Source of the DNA: an uncultured Pseudomonadota bacterium
GTDB lineage: Bacteria; Vulcanimicrobiota; Vulcanimicrobiia; Eremiobacterales; Eremiobacteraceae
Length of the DNA: 64,000 nucleotides
Reading direction: 5' to 3'
Assembly: GCA_963736005.1 (NCBI GenBank)
Contig: CAVTNB010000001.1
Span: 960,001 to 1,024,000 of the forward strand
The position numbers were made by a program, and so were the translations under genes. This document shows positions 10,939-20,966 of this stretch, in pieces (the stretch's first letter is position 1; each line of letters opens with the position of its first letter). The notes beneath the pieces were generated by a model. That model made no database searches. It saw nothing but the letters and a program-made list of their open reading frames with translations, and was not told where the DNA came from.

Positions 10939-13900
10939 GCCTAGCCGGCACGATCGCGCTCACCAGCGCGCAGCGCAGCGTCGTCGAGCACCCGCTCGGC
11001 AAACCTGGAGTGGTCGACGCAGGCGCGGGTACCGGCAAGACCTTTACCATCGTCGAGCGAGTCGCCGCGCTTGACGAGAGCAAAACGTGCCCGGCAGACA
11101 AAATTTTGCTGCTCACCTTTGCGCGAAAAGCTGCTGCAGAACTACGCGCTCGGATCGCGCGGCGGCTCAACGATAGGACTCCCACCTGCTCGACTTTTCA
11201 TGCGTTCGCTTGGAGCATTTTATCTTCGCACGCGTACGACGTCGGGATCTCTCCGGAGACGACTATCCTCGAGGATGCTGACGCTCGCGTGGAGTTCCAC
11301 AAGGCTTTCGACGAATTCTTGAACGATCCCAAAGCAGCGGCTAGCGGGTTCCCATTGCGCGCCTTCAATGGCGAAGAAATCCGAACTGCGCTCTTTAGCA
11401 TCGATCAAAGACTCAAGCAAGATGGGATATCCATCGCAGCCTTTCGAGAGCGGGCCTTGATAGCGGCTGATGTTTTTGGCGCCGTTCGCTATCGCGAGTT
11501 ACTCGAGCCCTATCGCCGTGCACAGCAGGGGAAGACTCACAGGATGGCCGCGCAGACCGACGACGACGCACTTCAACAGGAGATGGCGTGGGAGAAAGCG
11601 CGCATCGAGGCATGTGCGGACATTCTTGCACGCTTCGCCAAGCGTCTTGACGCGCGAAACGCGCTGACGTATGCGGACATTTTGGTGCGAGCAGAGAGAG
11701 CGCTCCGCGAGAACGATACCCTACAAGTTGACCTTCGCCAGCGGTATCGTTGCTGCATTGTTGACGAGTACCAAGATACCGACCGTGCGCAACATCGACT
11801 GCTTGAGGCACTTTTTGGTCCGGGACTCGCATCGGTCATGGTGGTCGGGGATGCGTTACAAAGTATCTTCAGCTTTCGTGGAGCGCACCCGGAGAACGTT
11901 GCGGTCTTCGCACGCGCGCCTGAAGCCGTGCGTTATGCGCTCGTCGAAAACCGCCGATCTCGACAGGAGATCCTCGATCTCGCGTACGCGTCGGTCGCCG
12001 TTGCCCACAACGACGCGCAAGCGCTTCGCGGCGAACGCGGGCACGCGGGCGAGCAGATCGTCCACCTGACAAGTCTTTGGACGCCCGATGCCACTCGCTA
12101 TCTCCCCGCCGACGAAGCACGCACATTTGAAGCGACGGCAGTTGCACAGCGCATTCGCCAGTTGCTCGCAAGCGGGCAAACCGTTCGTGTGGGTGAGAAC
12201 AGCGAGCCCATATCGCCTCGTCACATCGCCATCCTCTCGCGCACGAAGAAAAACGTCCAGCCGGTAACGCGCGCGCTGCTCGACGCTGGGGTCCCGTTCA
12301 AACTCGTCGGCGGCGTCGGCTTTTACGAGGCGCCGGAGATTCGTGACGTTCTTGCCTGGATACGACTGCTCGCGAATCCATTTGACTCTCTGGCGGTGGC
12401 ACGGGCCTTGCAGTCCAGCGCGATCGGTGCTTCTGATGCCACCGTCGCTCAGCTGGCTCGTGGCAGCAGCCGAGACGAGACGGCATTTGCACGACGGGCA
12501 TTGATCGAAGACCTCCCCGAAAGCGGATTCGATGCGCCAGTCCGCGAGGCGGCGCTCAAAATGCGCAGCCTCTTGGATGCTCTCGCACCGCACGCCGCGC
12601 TGCCGCTCGTTGGCGCGCTTCGTGCAGTGCTGGAGGCAACCGGCATCGAGCGCGAGTACCGCGATGGCCACGGGCCGCGCGCCGAACAGGCTGTGGCGAA
12701 TCTCATGAAGCTTGAGGCGCTGGCGCGCTCGTTCGTCGCGCAATCGCCGGGCGCGCAACCTGCCGATTTCGTGAGCTTTATGAACGAACTCGAGCTCGTC
12801 GACTTCGACGAGCGAGAAGCTGACGTCTCTGCGAGCGACGCCGTTACGATCGCAACGATTCACGCGGCCAAGGGGCTTGAGTGGCCATTTGTGTTTGTGC
12901 TCGGGGTTTGGCCGAAGCTTCCCAACGAGCCAAGGCTCTTTATGGACGAGAAAACCGGGGCGCTCCTTTACGCCGAGAATCCCGACGGTTCGCGTTCGTT
13001 TCATTACGAGAGCGTGACTCGCGGAGCGGACGAGCAAGGTTTTGTCCCGCGCAAGGAGAGCGGCAAGGAAAACCCAGAAGAGCGTCGGCTTTTGTACGTC
13101 GCGCTCACCCGAGCTCGCGACCGCTTGTTCATCAGCGGGTTACGCTTTAAGCCTTCGAAGGCGCATCCTGATGGGAAGCCCCATGACTACATCCAAGAGA
13201 TCTACGATTGGCTGAGCGCACGGGGTTGGGTTGCAGACGAGTTCTTACCTCCGGATGACCCAACGGTAGTCCCAAAATTTTCATCGCTTGACCGGCCGCC
13301 AGCGACGCAAAGCTCTTCGTCTCAGCCAACACAATTAACGGGGATTGGCATGTCAGCATCCGCGCGAGAGACCACGCTTGCCCTTCCTTTGTCATACTCG
13401 CTCGTCGCTCGGTTTGAGCGATGTCCACGCCAAGCAACCTACAAACTCATGCTGCGCCTACCGGAAATCAGCGAGAACCAAAAACAAAAGCGGCGCGAGC
13501 TGCGCACCGAGGAATCGCTCGATCCGAGCGAGATGGCAGCTCCAGATTCGTTGCTTGGAGCAGGCGAATACGGTCAGATGCTTCACAAAGCGCTCGAGCT
13601 GTGGGCGGTCGACAAGCGCAACAAGGCTTCCGTGAAGAGCGCAGCAGCATACCTTGATGATGCCGCTCGCTTGCTCGCCGTCGCAATACCCAACAAGCAG
13701 CGCGATGAGGCCCAGTCGGCGTTAGAGAGGAGCATGCTCGAGCTGCGCGAGTGGCAACCCGTACACATCGAAGCGCCTTTTACCCTGGATTTCGGGGAAG
13801 AGGGGAGGCCGCTTTTGGTATCTGGGTACCTCGATCTCCTCGCGCGCACTACCGACGGTCAAGCGTGCTTGATCGATTACAAGACGGGCGACCAGACAGC

Positions 13901-14171
13901 CGATCATGCCTTGCAACTCGCGCTGTATAGGTGTGCCGCGGATGAGGTCTACGGAATGAAGAATCCAGCGTGTTTCGTCGGCCAAATTGACGGCAAAGAC
14001 TTTACCCTGCGGCGCGTTGAGCCTGTCGCGTCTGCGGAGTTGCGCGCGCGCATTCTTGCGGTCCGCGACGGACTACTTGCTCGCGAGGATCGCGCCATAG
14101 CGGGAGTTTGGTGTTGGACGTGCGGCTACCGCGACGCTCCCTGCCGCGATTATCGGGCGGCGCACAAATAA
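10935..14171 (+). CDS. UvrD-like SF1 helicase with C-terminal PD-(D/E)XK nuclease (AdnB/AddA-like subunit)
   Basis: AGAGTGKT, DEYQD, VGDALQSIFSFRGA, TIHAAKGLEW, YVALTRAR, GYLDLL...DYKTG, QLALY and CWTCGYRDAPC; ATGA-coupled to the upstream gene. Confidence 0.92.
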   Translation: MSLAGTIALTSAQRSVVEHPLGKPGVVDAGAGTGKTFTIVERVAALDESKTCPADKILLLTFARKAAAELRARIARRLNDRTPTCSTFHAFAWSILSSHAYDVGISPETTILEDADARVEFHKAFDEFLNDPKAAASGFPLRAFNGEEIRTALFSIDQRLKQDGISIAAFRERALIAADVFGAVRYRELLEPYRRAQQGKTHRMAAQTDDDALQQEMAWEKARIEACADILARFAKRLDARNALTYADILVRAERALRENDTLQVDLRQRYRCCIVDEYQDTDRAQHRLLEALFGPGLASVMVVGDALQSIFSFRGAHPENVAVFARAPEAVRYALVENRRSRQEILDLAYASVAVAHNDAQALRGERGHAGEQIVHLTSLWTPDATRYLPADEARTFEATAVAQRIRQLLASGQTVRVGENSEPISPRHIAILSRTKKNVQPVTRALLDAGVPFKLVGGVGFYEAPEIRDVLAWIRLLANPFDSLAVARALQSSAIGASDATVAQLARGSSRDETAFARRALIEDLPESGFDAPVREAALKMRSLLDALAPHAALPLVGALRAVLEATGIEREYRDGHGPRAEQAVANLMKLEALARSFVAQSPGAQPADFVSFMNELELVDFDEREADVSASDAVTIATIHAAKGLEWPFVFVLGVWPKLPNEPRLFMDEKTGALLYAENPDGSRSFHYESVTRGADEQGFVPRKESGKENPEERRLLYVALTRARDRLFISGLRFKPSKAHPDGKPHDYIQEIYDWLSARGWVADEFLPPDDPTVVPKFSSLDRPPATQSSSSQPTQLTGIGMSASARETTLALPLSYSLVARFERCPRQATYKLMLRLPEISENQKQKRRELRTEESLDPSEMAAPDSLLGAGEYGQMLHKALELWAVDKRNKASVKSAAAYLDDAARLLAVAIPNKQRDEAQSALERSMLELREWQPVHIEAPFTLDFGEEGRPLLVSGYLDLLARTTDGQACLIDYKTGDQTADHALQLALYRCAADEVYGMKNPACFVGQIDGKDFTLRRVEPVASAELRARILAVRDGLLAREDRAIAGVWCWTCGYRDAPCRDYRAAHK

Positions 14172-14182
14172 ATTTCGGGCCA

Positions 14183-14207
14183 GGGCGACTTGACAGTCGC
14201 CCGCTAC
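14183..14207. repeat. GTAG-type REP-like element, family A variant (GGGCGAC-TTGACA-GTCGCCC-GCTAC)
   Basis: Palindrome plus CTAC between convergent genes; similar copies at 25263, 44675, 48626 and 57014. Confidence 0.8.
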
Positions 14208-14659
14208 ATCTTCATTTTGGAGGCGGTCTTCGGGTTATCGCGGAGCGCCGCGAGCTCTTGACCTGTCAGCGCGCGTGGCCGATCCCGCTTCGCATCAACG
14301 ATGCACAGAAAACCGAACGGCTCGTCCGCGCTGTTGACGAATTGATGCGCAGTTTCGGGAGGCACGTAGATGTGATCGAACGGTTCGATCTCGACGACGC
14401 TGCCGCCGACGATCGCATAGCCTTGACCACGAACGCAGATCACCGAGTGAATGTGTTCGTGGCACTCCAGGCTCGTAAAGCCATCTTTGGCAACTTCGAA
14501 ATAGCGAACATCGAAATGTCCACCTTCTTCTCTCCCTTTGATGATATGGCGAGCCGTGTCGCGCCAGGAGCGGCCCGCGCCGTCCGAGTTTTCTGAGGCG
14601 TAGCTGGATGCCGCAACGCCTGACCAGCTAAACGATTTTTTGTCGAATTTCTTTTTCAT
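14204..14659 (-). CDS. Cupin domain protein
   Basis: RYFEV...HEHIH, VPPETAHQF and GFLC motifs. Confidence 0.88.
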   Translation of the reverse strand: MKKKFDKKSFSWSGVAASSYASENSDGAGRSWRDTARHIIKGREEGGHFDVRYFEVAKDGFTSLECHEHIHSVICVRGQGYAIVGGSVVEIEPFDHIYVPPETAHQFVNSADEPFGFLCIVDAKRDRPRALTGQELAALRDNPKTASKMKM

Positions 14660-14677
14660 CGATTCTGCACGATCGCC

Positions 14678-15739
14678 TTAGGGATAGACAATCACTTTTA
14701 AGGCTTCATCTGGGCTTTTTAAGGCGGCATACGCCTTCGCCGCTTCGTCAAGGGAAAAGCGATGGGTGAAGAGCGGTTCGACGGCGAGGCCGCCGTTGAG
14801 CAACTCGAGCGCCTCGCGCGTATCGTCGGGTCCGGCCGAATAGCTCATGACGATGTTGACGTCTCGAAAGAAAAGATCGTTGACGTCGATGTTCCACGGC
14901 TCGCCGGGCGCAAGCGGCGTAAAGACCACAATGGTGCCGCCCCGCGCAACACATGAGCTGGCCGTTTCCAGCGCAGCTTTGGAACCAGGCGTCACAAAGA
15001 CGATTTCGGCGCCTTCGTCATTGGTCAGCTGCATCACTCGCTCGCGCAGAGGCGTGCTGTCGACGTCGATCGCCGCATGCGCCCCGAGACGTTCCGCGCG
15101 CTCGAGGCGCGCTGGAACGCGGTCTGCGCCGAGCACCAATTCGGCACCCTGCGCACGAGCGACGAGCATGTGCAGCATGCCCATGGCGCCAAGGCCGATG
15201 ACTAAAACCCTATCGCCTCCCCGCATGCCGGAGCGGCGCACCGATTTCACAACTGTCGCGAGGGGCTCGATGAGCGTGGCTCTCTCGTCACTGAGGGCGG
15301 ACGGTAGGCGCAGAACATCATGGAGCACGCTCGCCCGGGGGACGACGGCGAACTGCGCGAGCGCACCCGGCGCCAGGCGCGTTGCCCTCCACGTTTCGCA
15401 TTGGACGTAGTCCCCACGGCGGCAACGCCTGCACGTCATGCATGGCGCATGGTGATGAACGAAAACGCGCTCGCCAACGGCGAACGATGGCGCGCCGTTA
15501 GCGGGCTTCGCACCATCGCCGCATGCGGCTATTTCCGCGACCGGCTCATGCCCCAAGACGAAAGGGGCTTTTGCGTCAGCATACCACTGCAACGTCTCGC
15601 TCCCGCACAGTCCACAGGCCCGGATGCGGACCAGCAGTTCGCCTCTTTGGGGCGGCGCGAGAGGCAGGTCGCGGATGACAACCTTGCCTTGGCCTTCGTA
15701 GACTGCGGCTCGGGTTGTTCTTGGGAGGGATGCGCTCAT
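14678..15739 (-). CDS. Zinc-dependent medium-chain dehydrogenase (threonine/sorbitol dehydrogenase-like)
   Basis: GLCGSE, LGHE, CMTCRRC...C and GLGAMG Rossmann motif. Confidence 0.92.
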   Translation of the reverse strand: MSASLPRTTRAAVYEGQGKVVIRDLPLAPPQRGELLVRIRACGLCGSETLQWYADAKAPFVLGHEPVAEIAACGDGAKPANGAPSFAVGERVFVHHHAPCMTCRRCRRGDYVQCETWRATRLAPGALAQFAVVPRASVLHDVLRLPSALSDERATLIEPLATVVKSVRRSGMRGGDRVLVIGLGAMGMLHMLVARAQGAELVLGADRVPARLERAERLGAHAAIDVDSTPLRERVMQLTNDEGAEIVFVTPGSKAALETASSCVARGGTIVVFTPLAPGEPWNIDVNDLFFRDVNIVMSYSAGPDDTREALELLNGGLAVEPLFTHRFSLDEAAKAYAALKSPDEALKVIVYP

Positions 15740-15741
15740 GA

Positions 15742-16785
15742 TTAGATCCAGGCCGGGGCGGCATCGCCTGGAATGAGCGCGTATTTGAACCCGGTGCGAC
15801 TGTCGAGCCGCGCAAAAGCTTCTGCTAGCGATGCCAGCGGCAACACCTCGGAAATGAGTTCGCGCGCGGGCACGATACCGGCAATCATGAGTTCGCGAGC
15901 CCTGCGGACATCCTCAGGCGTAAAATGAAAGCTGCCGAGACAGGTTAGCTCTTCGTAATGCATGCGCGTCGCGTCGAGTGGAACGTGGGTGCCCTTCGGT
16001 AGACCACTAAAAAAGAGCACGCGCCCGCCAGGGGCCACAAGGCGTACCGCCTCTTGCCAAGATTCGGGCGTCCCGCCGCATTCAATGACGGCCGGGAACG
16101 AAGCGGCCAGCTCCATTGGTACCGAGTCAAATCCCGCCGCGACGGTGCGCTTTGCGCCAAGTCGGGCCGCCAATTCCAAACGCTGTTCGTGGCGTGCCAC
16201 AACGGTCGTCGCGATGCCGGCATGTTTGGCGTAGGCAAGATGGAGCAGCCCGATACTACCAGCACCGACGATCGCGACGCTCTCGGGTACGGGCGAGCGC
16301 GCATCGGCCCGTTCGAGCACGCTCCATCCATGCACGACGCACGAGAAGGGCTCTAAGAACGCGGCTTCGATGTACGAAAGCTGCTGCGGCTTCGCAAAAA
16401 GATTGCGCGCGACGATGTGAGCGGGCAAGCGAAGAAAATCCGCGTACGCGCCTAGTGCCATTCCTTCGGTCAGTCGTTCGCAAAGATTCTCCCGATCAGC
16501 CTGGCAGCGCGGGCACGATCCGCACGGTGCAGTTTGCACCCACATGACGGCATCGCCGACGGCGACACTCTCGACGCCCTGGCCGACGGCCACAATATCA
16601 CCCGAGGCCTCGTGTCCGAAGGGGCCAAAGGCAAGCTTGGGGTGTCCGCGGCGGTACGTCTTTAGATCGGTGCCGCAGGTCAATGCTGCACGAATTTGCA
16701 CGATAACTTCGCCGCTGCCGGGCTGCGGCAAAGGCTGCTCGTGCCACTCGAGCGTCTTGGGCGCAGACAGTACGGCTTGGCGCAC
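15742..16785 (-). CDS. Zinc-dependent medium-chain dehydrogenase (second paralog)
   Basis: TCGTD, FGHE, CGSCPRC...C and GAGSIG; probable GTG start at 16785. Confidence 0.92.
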   Translation of the reverse strand: MRQAVLSAPKTLEWHEQPLPQPGSGEVIVQIRAALTCGTDLKTYRRGHPKLAFGPFGHEASGDIVAVGQGVESVAVGDAVMWVQTAPCGSCPRCQADRENLCERLTEGMALGAYADFLRLPAHIVARNLFAKPQQLSYIEAAFLEPFSCVVHGWSVLERADARSPVPESVAIVGAGSIGLLHLAYAKHAGIATTVVARHEQRLELAARLGAKRTVAAGFDSVPMELAASFPAVIECGGTPESWQEAVRLVAPGGRVLFFSGLPKGTHVPLDATRMHYEELTCLGSFHFTPEDVRRARELMIAGIVPARELISEVLPLASLAEAFARLDSRTGFKYALIPGDAAPAWI

Positions 16786-16787
16786 GC

Positions 16788-18425
16788 TTAGATTTCCCAT
16801 TCCCAGGGATTCCACAACACGCTCACAGCGTGCGAGGGTTTGAAATTCTTGAAATCTGTGTTCAGTGCGCTGATTCGCCTGACAAAGTACATGAAGATCG
16901 TTGGCTCTTCGTCGACGAGGATTTCCTGGATCCTATAGTACGCAGCTTTGCGCGTTTGTTGATCGTTCGACGCGAGTGCGATCTGCTCTTGAGCATCGAG
17001 TTCGTGGTTGCAAAAATGATAGAAGTTTTGACCAACCGGCGGGAACTGGTCGCACATGAACTGCGTGGAATCATCCGGGTCGGCGCCATTGAACCAACCC
17101 AGAAAGGCGACGTCAAACTTGCCGGTTTGCAGCGTGCCCCCGCCGCCGTAGGTGGCGAAAAAGATGGGGCCGGCAACGATCTTAATGGAGACGTCAACAC
17201 CGACGGCCTTCCAATTCTGCTGGACAAAGATGCTATCTGAGCCGCTGCCGGTTGGAGTCGTAACTAATTCCACATGCAAGCGCTGCCCATTGCGGTAACG
17301 GTAACCGTCACTGGCCAACGCCCAACCATCTGCTTCCAGCATGCGTGCAGCGAGCTGTGGGTTGTAATTGTATTGTCGCAGACTCGGATCGTGCGCCCAA
17401 AGAAAGGTGGGCTGATCGCTGTCTGCGAGTAAGGGGGTGTTGTGATAGACCTTTTTAAGCAGCGTGATTCTGTCGAGACCGTAGGCAAGCGCCTGACGCA
17501 CGGTCTTGTCTGCAAGCACAGGGTTGGTCAGATTGAGGGCGATCTGGTCGTAGGCAGTCAGGGGAGTGCGATATAGTCGGATGCCAGGGATGGTCTGCAA
17601 CGCCGGAGCGTACTCGTATGGCATCGCAAACTCAGCGTCGACCTCATGCGTTCGAAGCTGGGTCATGATCGTGTTTGCGTCGGGAATGAAGTGCCAGTCG
17701 ATTTCTTTGATTTTGGGTGGTCCGCGAAAGTAGGTTGGGTTTGCCACGAACTTGATCATGCTGCCGTGATCGTAGCGCTCGACGATGAAGGGCCCTGTGC
17801 CGATGGGGTGATTGTTGTACGGCACGCGGTTCATGTCTTGATACTGCGATAGGAGATGTTTGGGTATGATCTCGATTGGCGTCCCACCCATGGAAAAGAA
17901 CGCCGAGAGAAATGGCGCGTACGGCCGGTGAAGGTGAACGTGGATGGTCTGGTCGTCGATTTTGTCGATGCGGGTGATGTCGTCATAGCCGACACGGCTA
18001 GCGATGTTGTTTCTCGGGTTCATGATTTGGCGCCAGGAAAAAATAATGTCGTCGGCCCCGAAGGGGGCCGCGTCTTGCCACGTGACGCCTTTGCGAAGGT
18101 GGTACGTGATCTCGAGGCCGTCCTTGCTGATATCGCCGTTTGCAAGCGTCGGGACTCGCGTCGCAAGCTCGGGGACCCACTGGTTGTCATTGTTGAAACG
18201 AAAGAGGTATGCGCCCCACAAGAGAGAGAGGTCGACCTCCGCTTGTTGGTTCCCAACCATCGGGTTGAGGTTATCGGGTTCGTCGAGCGCGGCCACACGC
18301 AACACGCCGTGAATCGTCCACGGATTTCCCGGTTGGCTCGTGGTTGTCTGCGTCGAGATCTTGGTGCAACCCACGCACAGGACAGCGAGGACACCAATCG
18401 CGCAGAGGACAAGCGATCGCCTCAT
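16788..18425 (-). CDS. Peptide ABC transporter substrate-binding lipoprotein (family 5)
   Basis: Lipobox CVGC; YHLRKGVTWQD, PIGTGPF and VRQALAYGLDR. Confidence 0.92.
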   Translation of the reverse strand: MRRSLVLCAIGVLAVLCVGCTKISTQTTTSQPGNPWTIHGVLRVAALDEPDNLNPMVGNQQAEVDLSLLWGAYLFRFNNDNQWVPELATRVPTLANGDISKDGLEITYHLRKGVTWQDAAPFGADDIIFSWRQIMNPRNNIASRVGYDDITRIDKIDDQTIHVHLHRPYAPFLSAFFSMGGTPIEIIPKHLLSQYQDMNRVPYNNHPIGTGPFIVERYDHGSMIKFVANPTYFRGPPKIKEIDWHFIPDANTIMTQLRTHEVDAEFAMPYEYAPALQTIPGIRLYRTPLTAYDQIALNLTNPVLADKTVRQALAYGLDRITLLKKVYHNTPLLADSDQPTFLWAHDPSLRQYNYNPQLAARMLEADGWALASDGYRYRNGQRLHVELVTTPTGSGSDSIFVQQNWKAVGVDVSIKIVAGPIFFATYGGGGTLQTGKFDVAFLGWFNGADPDDSTQFMCDQFPPVGQNFYHFCNHELDAQEQIALASNDQQTRKAAYYRIQEILVDEEPTIFMYFVRRISALNTDFKNFKPSHAVSVLWNPWEWEI

Positions 18426-19330
18426 CTCGACCCCCTTGGCTCAGCAACCTGAACGCCAGCGGCCCGCTCGTAGAGTTGCGCGACCGCGCTGTAATCGAAA
18501 GAACCCAAGCCTTGCGAGGATGCCTTGGTATATTCTTGATAAGCAAGCGTGGAGCTTGGCATGGCCACGCCAGTTGCTTTTGCGGCTTCAAGGGCGGCGC
18601 TCAGATCTTTGCGGAGGAGATCGAGGGCGAAGCCGCCTTTGTGCACGTCGGCAAACCATGCTTTCGGCAACCATTGTTCGAGCAGATAATTCGACGCGGT
18701 GGCCGTTTTTAAGACCTCGCGCAGCACTTCGATGTTGGCGCCGGCTTTTTTCGCGAAAACCAATCCTTCAACGTTGGCGAGCATGATGTTTGCAATGATA
18801 ATCTGATTGACGAGTTTGAATGTCTCGCCCATCCCAGCAGGTCCGACATGCGCCGGCTTCCCCATGGCTGACAGAACCGGTTGGGCGCGGGCAAACGTCG
18901 CTTCGTCACCTCCGACCATGATCGTAAGCTCGCCTGCCTTGGCGCGTGCCGGGCCACCCGATACCGGCGCGTCGAGCATGCGCAGATTGCGCTGTTGGAG
19001 ACGCTCGTGAAACGAGCGCGATGCGACTGGAGAAAGAGTGGACATGTCGACGACGATGCCGTCTTCGTGCAGCCCGATCGCCGCGCCAGTGTTCCCGAAG
19101 AGCGCTTCCTCCACTTGCGGAGCGTCGGGTACCATGGTGATCACGACGTCACTTCCGGCGGCAACATCGGCTGGGTTTTCATCTTCTATGGCACCCTGTG
19201 CGATGAGGCGAACGATAGGCTCTCGGTTGATATGCGCGCAGATGCGAAGCGCGAAGCCGGCACGCAACAGCGACTCGGCCATGGGTTCACCCATCGTGCC
19301 TACGCCGACAAAACCCACATTTTTTATCAC
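18422..19330 (-). CDS. 3-hydroxyisobutyrate/2-hydroxy-3-oxopropionate reductase family oxidoreductase
   Basis: GFVGVGTMG, DAPVSGG, KLVNQ and LLRKDL. Confidence 0.92.
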   Translation of the reverse strand: MIKNVGFVGVGTMGEPMAESLLRAGFALRICAHINREPIVRLIAQGAIEDENPADVAAGSDVVITMVPDAPQVEEALFGNTGAAIGLHEDGIVVDMSTLSPVASRSFHERLQQRNLRMLDAPVSGGPARAKAGELTIMVGGDEATFARAQPVLSAMGKPAHVGPAGMGETFKLVNQIIIANIMLANVEGLVFAKKAGANIEVLREVLKTATASNYLLEQWLPKAWFADVHKGGFALDLLRKDLSAALEAAKATGVAMPSSTLAYQEYTKASSQGLGSFDYSAVAQLYERAAGVQVAEPRGSR

Positions 19331-19405
19331 AAGGCTAGGGTTCTCTGCGCGGACGGTAAGGTCCGCTGCTTATTGGCTGGCTCGGCGCTGGCCCGTTCGC
19401 GAAGC

Positions 19406-19430
19406 CGCGCGAATAAATTCGCGCGACTAC
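19406..19430. repeat. GTAG-type REP-like element, family C (CGCGCGAAT-AA-ATTCGCGCG-ACTAC)
   Basis: Identical copy at 59531; variants at 22600, 22639 and 52436. Confidence 0.8.
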
Positions 19431-19503
19431 CTCGCGACTACGTTGGGGTGGGGGATCAGCGACGCGAAGAAACGATCGCACGCGCATTAGGTCAATGAAA
19501 GAA

Positions 19504-20925
19504 TTAGCCGCCGCCGGCGCCCACTCGATCCGCCCTGGGCTCTACCATGAGCGAGGGATCGAGGATCTTTTCAAGCTCCGCCTCGCTGAGCTTGGTCCGC
19601 TCCCGCGCGACTTCGCGTATCGTCTTGCCGGTTGCGGCCGCTTCTTTGACGATCGCCGCGGCGGCGTCGTAACCAATAATGGGCGCGAGCGAGGTTCCAA
19701 TGGCTAGGCCGCGCTCGACCATTTCAGGACCGCGCGTCGTCGCCTTCAGGCCATCGATCGTTTGCACTGCAAAATTGCGCGCTGCGGCCGCCAGCAGTTC
19801 GATCGATTGCACGAGATCGTACGCGACGAGCGGCATCGTCAGGTTGATTTCGAAATTGCCGCTTTGACCGCCGACCGTGATCGCCGCGTCGTTTCCGATC
19901 ACTTGCGCGCAGACCATGAGGACTGACTCCGCGATGACCGGATTGACTTTCCCGGGCATGATGGAGGAACCAGGCTGCACGGCAGGCAGATCGATCTCGC
20001 CCAGCCCCGCACGAGGGCCCGAACCCAGCCAGCGCACATCGTTTGCAATCTTTGTCAGCGACACGGCGATGGTCTTGATGGCCCCGCTGGCCGCGACCGC
20101 ATTGTCCAGCGAAGATTGCGACTGAAAGTGATTGCTGGTTTCATGAATCGGCAAAGCGGTGAGCGTCGCCAATCGCGCAGTCGTTCGCTTCGCGAATTCC
20201 GGGTGCGTGTTGATGCCGGTGCCCACGGCGGTGCCTCCCAACGCCACCTCCGATAGTTCGGCCTGGGCCTGCTCCACGCGCGCGATGCCGCGCTCGATCT
20301 GACCCGCGTAGCCCAAGAACTCCTGGCCGAGACGAATTGGAGTTGCATCCTGCAAATGCGTGCGCCCGGTCTTGATGATGCCCCAAAATTCTTTTGACTT
20401 GCGGTCGAGCGATACTTTGAGGATGTGGAGCGCCGGCAGGAGCTCTTCTTTAATCGCGAGCGCCGCAGCAAGATGGAGCGCCGTCGGAATGACGTCGTTG
20501 CTCGACTGCCCGAAATTGACGTGGTCGTTTGGGTGCACCTTCTTCGCCTGGACGTCATCGCCGGCATGCGCGGCTCGATGGGCGATGACTTCGTTCGCAT
20601 TCATGTTCGTCGACGTGCCTGAGCCGGTCTGAAAAATATCAACCGGAAAATGCTCGTCGTGCTTCCCTTGTGCGACTTCCTCGGCGGCGGCGGCAATTCG
20701 GGCGGCGATCGACTTGTCGATGAGCCCAAGCTCGGCGTTGGTCTGGGCGGCAGCCAGTTTGATGAGGCCTAAAGCGCGGATGAACCGGCGCGGCAAGCGC
20801 ATGCTGCTGATCGGAAAATTGAGGACGGCTCGGTGCGTGCTGGCCCCATACATGGCCGATGCGGGCACCTGCATTTCGCCCATGGAGTCACGCTCCGTGC
20901 GGGTACCGATGCTCTTGTCCTTCAT
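19504..20925 (-). CDS. fumC: Class II fumarate hydratase
   Basis: RTERDSMG, FQTGSGTSTNMNANEVIA, HPNDHVN, GRTHLQDATP and GSSIMPGKVNP. Confidence 0.95.
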   Translation of the reverse strand: MKDKSIGTRTERDSMGEMQVPASAMYGASTHRAVLNFPISSMRLPRRFIRALGLIKLAAAQTNAELGLIDKSIAARIAAAAEEVAQGKHDEHFPVDIFQTGSGTSTNMNANEVIAHRAAHAGDDVQAKKVHPNDHVNFGQSSNDVIPTALHLAAALAIKEELLPALHILKVSLDRKSKEFWGIIKTGRTHLQDATPIRLGQEFLGYAGQIERGIARVEQAQAELSEVALGGTAVGTGINTHPEFAKRTTARLATLTALPIHETSNHFQSQSSLDNAVAASGAIKTIAVSLTKIANDVRWLGSGPRAGLGEIDLPAVQPGSSIMPGKVNPVIAESVLMVCAQVIGNDAAITVGGQSGNFEINLTMPLVAYDLVQSIELLAAAARNFAVQTIDGLKATTRGPEMVERGLAIGTSLAPIIGYDAAAAIVKEAAATGKTIREVARERTKLSEAELEKILDPSLMVEPRADRVGAGGG

Positions 20926-20966
20926 TATACCTACTCCGCAAATGTCCGATGACTATAGGGGGAAGC

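Noticed and set aside
11856..13037. Long antisense ORFs such as this 393-aa one (also 8631..9392 and 46077..46853)
   Set aside because: They shadow well-supported genes on the opposite strand, as expected in GC-rich DNA, and carry no recognisable motifs.
7908..14171. Anti-phage helicase-nuclease or Cas4 system
   Set aside because: The architecture matches housekeeping AdnAB/AddAB end resection, with no defence-island context.
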